Positions 1 to 11,243 of a stretch of 64,000 nucleotides of DNA are shown here, in pieces. Numbering within the stretch: position 1 is the first letter of the stretch; every line of letters begins with the position of its first letter. The stretch is taken from assembly GCA_964016885.1 (NCBI GenBank), contig OZ024752.1, positions 23,436,001-23,500,000 of the forward strand, read 5' to 3'. The notes under the pieces are model-generated. The model was not told the origin of the DNA and did no database searches. It saw only the letters and a list, made by a program, of their open reading frames with translations. The translations under genes and the position numbers were made by a program. The stretch comes from Eledone cirrhosa (lineage: Eukaryota).

Positions 1-1987
1 GTTAATTTTCTCCCTCTCCTTCTCTTGCACTCTCGTGTCGAACGGGCAGGCCACATCCACAATCAGGCACGATCTTTTTTCTTTGTCCACAACCACCAGG
101 TCAGGTCTATTGTGTTCCAGTTTTTTGTCCGTCTGTATCCTAAAATCCCACAGCACCTTCACCTGACTGTTCTCCATCACCGCCTCTGGCCTATGCTCAT
201 ACCATTTCTCAGAATGTGGTAGATTGTTTACTTTGCACAGGTGCCAGTGGATCACCCTGCCCATCACATCGTGTCTCCAGCCCTTATAGTGGGTCTGGGC
301 TAGGTGTTTACACTCGGACACAATGTGAGCCACAGTCTCCTCTCTCTCTCCACAGATCCTGCACAGTGGGCTAGCCTCCTCCTTGTAGATATGGTGCTTC
401 AACCACTTCGTTTTGAGGGCCTGCTCCTGCGCAGCCATTAGCATTCCTTCTGTAGCCTTTTTGAGGTCTCCTCTTCTCAACCAGTTCCATGTCTGTGGAT
501 CTCTAAATTCAGTTTTCTCAAAGAAGGTACTATGAAGGGATTTTCCCTTAAGGCTGCTCTTCCTCCTTGATGTTATTTCCTCCTTGGGTATCCCCTGGCC
601 TACTGTCCCCTCCTTCAGTACAGCTCTGAGCATTGGCTCCTTACTATAGGTCACGTATTTGTATAGGTTGTTTTTCTCCATCTGAACACAGTCCTCTATG
701 CTTATAAGACCTCTTCCACCCTCAGATCTCCTTAGGTAGAGTCTATCGACATCACTCCTCTTGTGGAACATGTTGTAGATAGTCAATAGCTTCCTAGTCT
801 TCCTATCCATTTCTTTTTGTTCAGCAACATTCCATCTCAGAGTTCCCGCACTGTACCTAATAATAGACACAGCTCGGGAATTTACTGCGCTTATGGCATT
901 TCTGCTGTTCAGATGTGACTTCAATACGCTCCTTACTCTCCGAATGTATTCAGTTCTTAACAATTCCTTCATTTTTTTGTTCTTTATGCCATCAGCCTCC
1001 AGAACGCCCAAATACTTGTATCCTTCCTCAGAGTCAATTTCCTTTATCATCTCACCTGTTGGTATCTGGATCCCGTTACTTCTGCTCAACCTACCCCTCC
1101 TCATCACAATGACTCCACATTTACCAACACCAAACTGCATACATATATCACTGCTGAAAATACGGACAGTGTCAACAAGCACATCCAACTCCTTCTCACT
1201 TTTCCCGAAGAGCTTAAGATCGTCCATGAAGAGGAGGTGATTGATGGTAAGCTCTCCCCTTCCCAACTTGTATCCTGCTCTCACTTTTCGCAGCATAATG
1301 GTCAAGGGCATCAGGGCAAGGACAAACAACAGAGGGGACAGGCTATCTCCCTGGAAGATACCTCTCTTGATCTTCACGCTTCCCAAGGATACTCCAGTTG
1401 ATGTCAACTCTGTCTCCCAGGACCCCATACTCCTGCCCAGCAACTGTCTGATGTTATCTGCCACCCTGAAGATCTCCAGGCTTTTGGTGATCCAGGAATG
1501 AGGCACCATGTCAAATGCCTTTCTGTAGTCTATCCATCCCATGGCAAGATCAGTGTGTCTCCTCCTGCAATTCCCCATTACCATCTTATCAATAAGCAAC
1601 TGGTCCTTTGTACCACGTGACTTCTTTCGGCATCCTTTCTGTTCGTCCGGCAACAAGTTGTTTGTGTGGAGGTGATGGTAGATTTCCTCAGACACAATGC
1701 TCGTCAACAGTTTCCACATTACGGGCAGACATGTGATAGGTCTATAGTTGGTAACATCATTACCCTTGATTCGGTCTTTCATTATCAGAACTGTGGTACC
1801 TTTTGTCAACCACTCTGGCACCTCACCCGACACCAAGCAGTCATTGAACATGGCCGTCAGCTTCGGGTGGAGGGATGTTAAATGTTTAATCCAATAACCC
1901 TGCACACCATCTGGGCCTGGTGATTTCCAGTTGGTTAGTTTTTTGGCTTGCCCCTTAAGAGTTTCAACTTTGATACTCAAATCAGTC

Positions 1988-1988
<1 letters not shown>
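1..1988 (-). mobile_element. Dong/R4-like REL non-LTR retrotransposon, family A, 5'-truncated; 3' end lies beyond the left edge of the window
   Basis: Near-identical to 11528..13515 of the full-length copy (offset 11527). Similarity stops at ...aaatcagtct, where (TTA)n begins. Confidence 0.92.
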
Positions 1989-2035
<47 letters not shown>

Positions 2036-2047
2036 GTTATTGTTATT
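1989..2047. repeat. (TTA)n target/tail tract
   Basis: Pure tta run grading into ttg-tta units next to the family A 3' end. Confidence 0.95.
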
Positions 2048-3217
2048 CCTTGAATCTCAGTCATTGATGTTGGTTAACTGGAAAGTCCGTTGGATTGAAT
2101 ATCAAGCCACTACCTGCAGCCTCAGATATTCAGGACGTATCGGAGGGTTCTTGCTGTTCCAAGCAAGCATGCCTTTTGAAGCGTTCCAAAAAGCGTGAAG
2201 GGGCCGATTTTCTTTAACCATCCCTGGAAACTGTTGGAGATAGTCCCCAGTGCGCCTATGACAATCGGGATCACTTTGACTTCATGGCAGTTCCAAATCC
2301 TTTTCACCTCCCACTTTAGGTCCTGGTATCGGTTAATTTTCTCCCTCTCCTTCTCTTGCACTCTCGTGTCGAACGGGCAGGCCACATCCACAATCAGGCA
2401 CGATCTTTTTTCTTTGTCCACAACCACCAGGTCAGGTCTATTGTGTTCCAGTTGTTTGTCCGTCTGTATCCTAAAATCCCACAGCACCTTCACCTGATTG
2501 TTCTCCATCACCGCCTCTGGCCTATGCTCATACCATTTCTCAGAATGTGGTAAATTGTTTACTTTGCACAGGTGCCAGTGGATCACCCTGCCCATCACAT
2601 CGTGTCTCCAGCCCTTATAGTGGGTCTGGGCTAGGTGTTTACACTCGGACACAATGTGAGCCACAGTCTCCTCTCTCTCTCCACAGATCTTGCACAGTGG
2701 GCTAGCCTCCTCCTTGTAGATATGGTGCTTCAACCACTTCGTTTTGAGGGCCTGCTCCTGCGCAGCCATTAGCATTCCTTCTGTAGCCTTTTTGAGGTCT
2801 CCTCTTCTCAACCAGTTCCATGTCTGTGGATCTCTAAATTCAGTTTTCTCAAAGAAGGTACTATGAAGGGATTTTCCCTTAAGGCTGCTCTTCCTCCTTG
2901 ATGTTATTTCCTCCTTGGACATCCCCTGGCCTACTGTCCCCTCCTTCAGTACAGTTCTGAGCATTGGCTCCTTACTATAGGTCACGTATTTGTATAGGTT
3001 GTTTTTCTCCATCTGAACACAGTCCTCTATGCTGATAAGACCTCTTCCACCCTCAGATCTCCTTAGGTAGAGTCTATCGACATCACTCCTCTTGTGGAAC
3101 ATGTTGTAGATAGTCAATAGCTTCCTAGTCTTCCTATCCATTTCTTTTTGTTCAGCAACATTCCATCTCAGAATTCCCGCACTGTACCTAATAATAGACA
3201 CAGCTCGGGAATTTACT
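2048..3217 (-). mobile_element. Family A REL retrotransposon, heavily 5'-truncated (C-terminal ORF 2122..3217 plus 3' UTR)
   Basis: Encodes the CCHC finger (CKICGEREETVAHIVSEC), RHD and the PD..D REL motif. Same 3' UTR as the other A copies. (TTA)n on both sides. Confidence 0.92.
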
Positions 3218-3260
3218 ATTATTATTATTATTATTGTTATTATTATTATTATTATTATTA
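3218..3260. repeat. (TTA)n target/tail tract
   Basis: tta run between a family A 5' truncation point and a family B 3' end. Confidence 0.95.
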
Positions 3261-5284
3261 GTTGCATTTATCTTGCTTTATGTTTATACGAGTTATCACC
3301 AAGTCACAACCAGTGACCTCAAGAGACAACAAGGTCCGCCATGTTCAAGAAAGAACATACATATTCACACATGCATCCTTAGTGTTTAGACTTGTGATGT
3401 ACTTATATTGACAGGATCTTCCTTAGTATATGGGCAGTTCCCATTAGTCCTATCTTTTGTATTTCTTCTATACGCGGGTGTCCTGGGATTTGCGATAAGT
3501 AGTCGTTAGACCCCTTAGGTATCATTCCCAGAGCGCCTACAACCACTGGTATTGTTTTAGTTCTCAATTTCCACATTTTTCCAATTTCTATCTCCAGGTC
3601 CTTATACTTGCTCAATTTTTCAAATGTTTTTATAGATACATTCTTGTCTATTGGAACAGACATATCAATTAGCAGGCATACCCTCCTTTGAAAGTCCTTC
3701 AATATTATATCAGGTCTATTTGCATCTATTTTTCGGTCTGTTTGAATGCTAAAGTTCCACAAGATTGAGATGTGATCTTTTTCAAGTATGGGAGGTGGTT
3801 GATGCTCCCACCAATTCTTTTGATGGGGCAGGTCAAAATGCTTACACATTATCCAATGTATGTATTGTGCAGCTCTGTCATGCCTGTTTAGGTATTCGGT
3901 TGGAGCTATAGGACTGCACATTGAAATTATATGGTCAATGGTCTCTGGTTGTTTTTTGCATACACGGCATAATGGGCTGCACCCATTTTTAATTATGTTG
4001 GCTTGGTAATTTTTTGTTGGCAGACACTGATCTTGTGCCGATATAATCAGTCCTTCATTCTCCGATTTCAGTCCAGAGGATGCCAACCACTGATGGGTTA
4101 AAGTTTTGTCAACATCAGGATTGTTAGCTCGCTCTGGGTATTTTCCATACAGAGGCTTTTCTTGCCATTTCTTAGCCAGTTTCTGTAGCAGTTCTTTCTT
4201 TGCAGTTACTTTTACCTGCTTTGCTTTTTCTGTGTTTTCCATTTCAGCAGTAAATGGGACTTCTGAAATTTGTAGTCCATTACTGTATCTTTGTGCATCT
4301 TTTGTAATGGAATATGATCTTTTGGTGCTTTCGTGTTTCAAAACGAGTTTGATCATCCAATCATGTGATTCCCTTAGATATGTGGATAATCCAATTGTTG
4401 CAGTTTTCAACGCAATGTCTAACTGGATTAACCCACGTCCTCCTTCTTTCCTAGGGAGATATATTCTATCTATGTCTGCCTTAGGGTGATGCATTCTGTG
4501 CATGGTTAAGAATTTTCGGATTTTTGTATCGAGCCTACGGATCTCTGTGCTTGACCAGTTGATGACATTGTAACTGTAGGTTACTACTGGTATGGCAAGC
4601 GTGTTTATGGCATCGATCCTATTCCTTGCATTCAATTCCGTTCTTAAGATTGCTCTTACTCTGCGGTAACATTCCTTCCTTATCCTTTCCCTCATTGTCG
4701 AGTGCTTGATTCCGTCTCCTTCACAAACACCTAGATATTTGTAAGTTTTTTCTTGATGAAGCTCTCTTATCACGTTCCCCCGATCAAGATTAATGTCTGA
4801 ACTCTTCAGCAGCTTTCCTCTGGTGAACGTTGCATTGGCGCATTTATCCAGTCCAAACCCCATTTTAATGTCATCACTGAACTGCTTCACAGTGGACAAT
4901 AGCCCTTGCAATTGTTCATCATTTTTTGCAAATAGTTTCAGGTCATCCATGTAGAACAGGTGATTAATGGTTTTGTCATAGACTCTATATCCATGTTTTG
5001 TTTCATTGAGCATTTTACTTAATGGTATAAGTGCGATGCAGAATAAAAGCGGTGATAAAGAGTCACCCTGAAAAATTCCACAATTAATGTTAACTTCTCC
5101 AGCTTCCAGTGATTTTGTTTCACTATTCAAAAGGAGTGTCGTTCTCCATGTCCTCATACCGAATGACAAAAACCTCCTGACAACGGGGGATATTTTGAAA
5201 ATCTCTAAACATTTTTCAATCCAACTGTCTGGCAAACTATCGAATGCTTTTTTATAATCTATCCAAGCAATCGATAGATTTTTT
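3261..5284 (-). mobile_element. Dong/R4-like REL non-LTR retrotransposon, family B, 5'-truncated (open frame 3403..~5284)
   Basis: RT motifs QGDSLSPLLF and HLFYMDDLKL, CCHC (CRVCKKQPETIDHIISMC), RHD, NRPDII..LIDMSVP REL. Near-identical to 15289..17310. Confidence 0.92.
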
Positions 5285-5307
5285 TTATTATTATTATTAT
5301 TATTATT
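5285..5307. repeat. (TTA)n target tract
   Basis: tta run between the family B truncation point and the Tx1-a 5' end. Confidence 0.93.
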
Positions 5308-5515
5308 GGCGACCTACGTAGTAAATCGTATCATCGTGAGCTCCGCAAAGGTTTGTTATTTCCGTTTGTTAAAAATTGCCATTTATGGAAAATTTAATTG
5401 TTAACTGTTTATAAGCACACATACATTGTTTTCCGAAAAGGACACCCAAAAAGATTGGCGCCTTGTGCCCAAAATTTTAACTTTTATTATTATCCAAAAA
5501 TTTCTTTGAAAAAAA

Positions 5516-7514
5516 ATGGCTAATTCACCTCTGCACGAAGCAGCTGAAAGCCTTCCTCACAAAATAACACCTCACACCGACACCACCATTGTAAATGTTA
5601 CTACGTTTGCCAACACAAAACAAAATATAAGCAGTAGCAATATTTTAAATTAGTCTCAGGCAGACATTCATTTCCCGCCATTACCAATGACTGCAGGTGT
5701 TAAAGCCTCCACCACCACCACCACCGCGACAACCACCCCCACCACCACCGCGACAACAGAAACAAAAGAAGAAAAAAATAAATTAACTCGTGATGTCGAA
5801 ATGAAATCAAGCAAAATGGACTCTTCCACACCAAAGACGACTGACGTCACCACCACCACAACTGAAACTAAAATTAATATTAACACAAATAACGATAGCA
5901 ACAACAACAATAACAACAATGACATTATAAAACCGACCCTCAGTTTCGCCATAGTAGCAAAACAGTTCGAACCATTCACGGTAACTCAGGAGGATTTAGA
6001 AAATGCCAAACAAATGGTAAAGAAAGATGGGTACAGGGTTAGCCTCACCCCCCCACCTAATAAAATGGAGCATCAGCGCCTATGCACCGTGTCGTATAGA
6101 ACAATAAATGTAAAATCGCGCCGAGTGGAAGGGGCATCCGAGTCCCAAATCCAAAAAGCTTTGGGACATATGTGGGCAAGAAAAACCCACATCAGACGTG
6201 GGCAAAAGTATGGAACCGTGGATCTGTTCTTTGAAACACCAGAGGAGGCTAGAGAACACTCCATGGCCCCATTAAAAAGTGACGACTTCACACTCGTCCC
6301 AAGCTATTGTGGCCAGAGACTCGTAAAGATCAGGGTGACCCACGTTCCACCGGCCATCGAAATTCCCTGGCTAATAGCAGCTGTCCTCGCCGGCATCGAA
6401 GCCAACACGAAAATAATAGCAATAGCAAAAGAAAAGCAGGAGAACTGGTCCGGATCTGGGATGGAGCTCCTGATCCAAGCGGACCAAAAAAGCATTGAGG
6501 AGATCCCAGAGGTAATAGACCTCACTGACGGCAGCCACCACACGGTAATTGTCGAGGGCAGAAGACCTAGGTGTGTCGTTTGTGGTGAAGGAACCCACCT
6601 AAGGGCTTTCTGCCCTCAGGCTAAAAGGTTGAGGCCACCTCTCCTACCCACCCCAGTGACACAACCATCAACACGACCAGTAGCAGAGATGGCAGCAACA
6701 ACTGTAGCAGCAACAACAGAAGCAACTATAACAGCAACAACCCCAGCAACAGTAGCAAAACCAACACCACTACCACCACCAGCAAAACCAACACCACCAC
6801 CACCCAACGCTTCAGAACTAGCACAAGCGCCTACACCATCTACCACACCACAACCAAAACTAACGGCTGTGGAGGATTTTCCACTCCCCGGCCTATCACA
6901 ACTGGAGACAGATTGTGACGACGAGGAGTGGGAAACGATATCCGGGAAAAAAAAAAGAAACCAAAAAAGAAAAAAATTCTCTTCCTTCCCCCTCCAAAAA
7001 CAAAATACAGAGGGAAACAAATAAACTAAGAAACAAAAAAGTTAGGACAGATATGCCACCATCCACACCAGCATCACCAACCCCATCAACCCAAACACCA
7101 ACACCATCACCATCATTAACTCCAACACCACCATCACCTACACCACAAAAGTCACCAAAATGCGAAACAGAAACAAACCCACAACAAACGCAAACATAAC
7201 AAAACAACCAAAACGATACACACTACACAGCATTAAATTTGAACAACAAGCAATTATTACACTACATCCAACACAACACCAGCATCACAGAAAAAGACTA
7301 CACAACAACCCCAAAATTCACACCACCTCCACACATACAAATCACTCGCATCACACAGAAAACGTACATGACACTAAAACAAAAATTCCCCAAAGACATC
7401 GGAGACTTCCGACAAGCGCTCTCCAGGAGGATTTATAAGGACATCCTTCCTTAGGAGGCCACAAGCAGTGAAAAGGATGGAAAAACCGTCCTTCCCCTAC
7501 GAGAAGTAAGGTAA
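5516..7514 (+). pseudogene. Tx1-a ORF1 (CCHC zinc-knuckle nucleic-acid-binding protein), disrupted
   Basis: ATG at 5516 is in frame with ORF 5687..7024 through a TAG at 5651. Knuckle CVVCGEGTHLRAFC. The C-terminal part is split by frameshifts or stops (6915..7199, 7239..7454) and is homologous to the Tx1-b ORF1 C-terminus. Confidence 0.82.
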
Positions 7515-7548
7515 GTGGTCTTTCCCATCTTTTCCACTCCTTTTCAAC

Positions 7549-10500
7549 ATGACCTCACTCAGAATAGGCAGCATAAATGCGCGTGGCTTGGGGTCGTCAT
7601 GGAAGCAGGGCCACCTGCTCAACGACCTCAGGTCACTAAACATAGATGTAGTGGCCATCAGCGAGACCAGAATCTCCGAAGCACAGGCTTTCGCACCGAT
7701 CTTCGGCGGCTACGATGTGTACGCATCTCCCAGCCGTCCGGGATCGGGGGGGGGGAGTTGCTGTGCTTTTTCGGAGAGGTTTGGATCTTGCCATACGGGC
7801 CATCTTCCTGGACCCAGAAGGTAAGTTGGTTGTGCTGGACGTGACCAGCGGAGACGGGCAAGCTTTCAGGTTAGTGGTCGTCTATGCCCCGACAGGAGCA
7901 GGGCGGCCTGATTTATTCCGGCGTCTGGAGACCTTTCTTGGAACGTCCCGCTCTTTAGTGTTAGTGGGCAACTGGAACGGGATCTTAGATGCACGCTGGG
8001 ATTGTGTGGGATTAGTGGATAGGGAAGGAGGGTGCAAGAGCCTCACCAACCTGCTCAGACGTTTTGAACTGTCTGACAGGTACTGAATGGATTTCCCGAA
8101 TGTACCAATGTGTACTTGGACAAATCGCATAGGGTCATCCAGATCATATCTAGATAGAGTATTTTGTAGGGAAATAGATAGGTCTAGCATAGGCTGTCCA
8201 CAATTCAAGATAGTCAGCTACACGGACCACAAATTCGTGATCTGTGTGCTTGACTTAGATAAGCTTCATAGGCGAGGACCCGGCTACTGGAAGCTAAACG
8301 CGTCCTTACCAGCGCGCAAGGCCTACAGAGACCGGATTAGCGAACTAGTTAAGCGGGCGTTGACGGGGGCCATCGTCAACAACAAGTGGTGGTTTGCTCT
8401 GAAAAGAGCAATTAGAATAGAGTCCATTAGGTTTAGTAAGACTTTAGCAATAGAGAAAAATAGAGCAGAGGGAGAACTAGTTAGAAAATTAGATGAGGCG
8501 CTTAGCAAAGGCATCGCGACCGACGTACTTGCGGCGAAATTGGCCCTTGATCAATTCTTCAATGCAAAGCACGAAGGCTGCGTTTTCAGAGCTAGGGTGC
8601 GTGCTCTCAGACACGAGGGGACGAAAGCCGTTCAATGGGCCCGAGTGGCGGAGGCGCGTCGTGGCAACAAAGCCACGAACCGGTCTTTGGTGGACCACGA
8701 CGGGCGCATGCTACTCGATCCCGGGCAAATGTGTGAAGCTTTTCCGCGACACTTCGCTCAACTGTTCGGGGGCAGTGGCGGGCCGGATCGAGGGATGGAC
8801 TTTAGTGTCTACCTCGACGGACTGCCGCGGCTTTCGGCCACTGAGGCGGAGTGTTGCGAAAAGCCGATAACAACCGCTGAAGTACGGGATGCAATAACTA
8901 GTTGCACAAGGGGTAAATCGCCTGGTTTGGATGGTCTGCCCTATGAACTTTACGTACAAATGCCAAACTTGTTCGGAGGCCTCTTGGCGGACGTCTACTG
9001 CAACTGGCAACAGAACGGAAGAATTCCCAGCTCTGTGAGCCGAGGAGCGGTGGCGCTGCTGAGAAAGGATCCGAACAAGGGGGATAACATAGATAATTTT
9101 AGGCCCATAACTCTGCTAAACACAGAGTTCAAGATTTTGGCCAAGGTGCTAGCAAAGAGGTTGGCGCTTGTCGTTGGTGGTCTGGTGGGAGAGGCACAGA
9201 CATGCGCCATTCCCGACAAATCCATCCACGACAACCTCTACCTCATGCGATACATCGTAGAGAGGGTAGCTAGGGAACCTGGCACGGGTGGGTCTTTGAT
9301 CAATTTAGATCAGTCGAAAGCCTTCGATAGGGTCGACCATCGTTACCTAGCGGCAGTCCTGAGGGCGGCTGGCTTTGGGCCGGTCTTCAGAGGCTGGATC
9401 GCTGCCATGCACAGCGACATCTGCTCTGTAGTGAGAGTGAACGGTCACCTTTCGGAACCGTTCAACATCATGCGCTCGGTCCGCCAAGGATGTCCCCTCT
9501 CGTCCCTATTGTACGTATTGACTCTCGAGCCATTACTGCACAAACTGGAGACGTTGAGGGGCGTCCCGCGCGAACTAGGATGCGGAAGATCCGTGTCAGC
9601 ATATGCCGACGATGTCACCGTAGTGGTGTCGAACGCCAAACACATCGAGGCGATCGGCACTACACTAAGAGAATACGAAGCGGTGACAGGAGCAATGATC
9701 AACCAGGAAAAGTCAGTGGGCCTGCAGCTCGGCACCTGGAGAGGCAGTTCCATGCCGTCCAACAGCGTCGTCGGGCGCTGGACGGACGGACCGGTTAAAT
9801 TGCTAGGGGTCTGGTTCGGTCCAGACCTCCAGACGGAAAAAAACTGGGACGAGGTGACGAGCAGGGTGGCTTCTCTCACCCAGAAATGGGCCGAGAGGAA
9901 GCTATCCCTGAAAGGTCGAGCGGAGGTGGCTAACGCGTACATCGCGTCCGTCATCTACTACCGCCTGACCGTCGTACCTTGTCCTAAGCCCCGCCTGACT
10001 GCGCTGGAGCGTTTGCTCTTTCGCTTCTTGTGGAAGGGACGCGCTCCGATGGTCAGGCGGTCCATCTGCTCTCAACACCCGCTACGTGGAGGGCTGGGCA
10101 AGCCGTGGCTGATGATGCGCAGACACGCACTCAGGCTACGACATCTCCACCTCTTCCTCGACGGTGATCAGGTGTGGTCGCCGTTTGCTAGACACGTTTT
10201 TCCCCAGCTCGTCTCCTTGACGGAGATGCAGTCCTGGGTCAAGCGAAGACCGAGAGGGAGCGCTTGGAGACTGGAATGTCTTCAGGCGCTCACAGCCCTC
10301 GACCAATCGGGCAATGTGATCGGTGGAAACTCCACCTTGGCGTTCTATAGGGGATTAGTGGAGGGGAAGAGCGACGACGTACTTGGAGAAACTCTAGGCG
10401 TCGACGAAAATCAATCTCTTCGGAAGGACTTTCGGGCCGGGGCCTATGGACAACTTCCAGAAATCCCTGGCCTGGCAGTGCTACCGGGGTGCTTTGCCAG

Positions 10501-10961
10501 TTCGGGATAAACTTTACAGGCATGGAGGTGCCGTCAGCCGGGCATGTCCGAGATGCGCACAGGGCGACGAAACCGTCCTGCACGCACTCGTCCAGTGTCC
10601 GAGCATTGCTGACTTGTGGGTTTATGTCGAACACCTGCTGTCACGTGTAGGACGGATCCAGCTATCAGCTGAGTCCATCGTGATGATTGCCCCGCCCTCT
10701 TCCTTTAGCCGGGAAGGGCAGGCAGTTTTTATCTGTCTGGTGGCCATGGCGAAAGAGATAGTATGGTGGACACGTTTGAAAGGGCTGAAGACGAGCACTT
10801 ACCTCTTCGGTGATGCCCTGATTAACTTTTTCAAATTTCATTTGAAAAGGAAAATCAGGGTAGAGAGGGAAGTGCTCTCTTCCCAGCATTTTGTTGAAAG
10901 ATGGGTGAGAGAAGCAAGTATGGCGTGAATGAATGGGCCTTCTCTGAGTATGTCTCTGTAA
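7549..10961 (+). pseudogene. Tx1-a ORF2 (APE endonuclease-reverse transcriptase), disrupted
   Basis: Pieces 7549.., 7715.., 8087..10510 and 10446..10928 are colinear with the intact 25884..29303 protein. Motifs GSINARG, ISETR, YTDH, RQGCPLS, AYADD, CPRC..H..C. Frameshift in the G-run near 7750, stops at 8084 and 10926, deletion near 10415. Confidence 0.88.
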
Positions 10962-11204
10962 ATTAAAGGTGGAAAACTGGGAGAGGGCACTTACCCTGGT
11001 GGTCAGGGCCACTGTGGTCTTTTAATGGGCTTTCTCCACAAATGTCCCTTGGAAGTCTCCCCCCTATTGGGGAATTTTTCTTTGTTATTTTATTTCAACC
11101 TCTGTTTTTTTACACGCAGAAATGCCCATTTGTACCGTCCTGTATTGTCCTGTACTGTCCTTAATGTCTACTTTATGTGAACCCTTGTGGTTAATAAAGA
11201 AAAC

Positions 11205-11243
11205 ATTATTATTATTATTATTATTATTATTGTTATTGTTATT
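11205..11243. repeat. (TTA)n tract shared by the Tx1-a tail and a family A tail (tail-to-tail)
   Basis: Direct reading of the sequence. Confidence 0.95.

Larger units (their letters stand above)
5308..11204 (+). mobile_element. Tx1-like (L1 group) non-LTR retrotransposon, family Tx1-a, full-length but mutated
   Basis: ~210-nt 5' UTR, ORF1 with zinc knuckle, ORF2 APE-RT-CCHC, 3' UTR ending AATAAAGAAAAC then (ATT)n. Bounded by ATT repeats at both ends. Confidence 0.9.

Noticed and set aside
2122-3267. 381-aa ORF with a hydrophobic poly-Ile N-terminus resembling a signal peptide fused to a nuclease
   Set aside because: The N-terminus is translated (AAT)n in frame with a truncated family A copy and lacks a real ATG context. 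It is a junction artefact.
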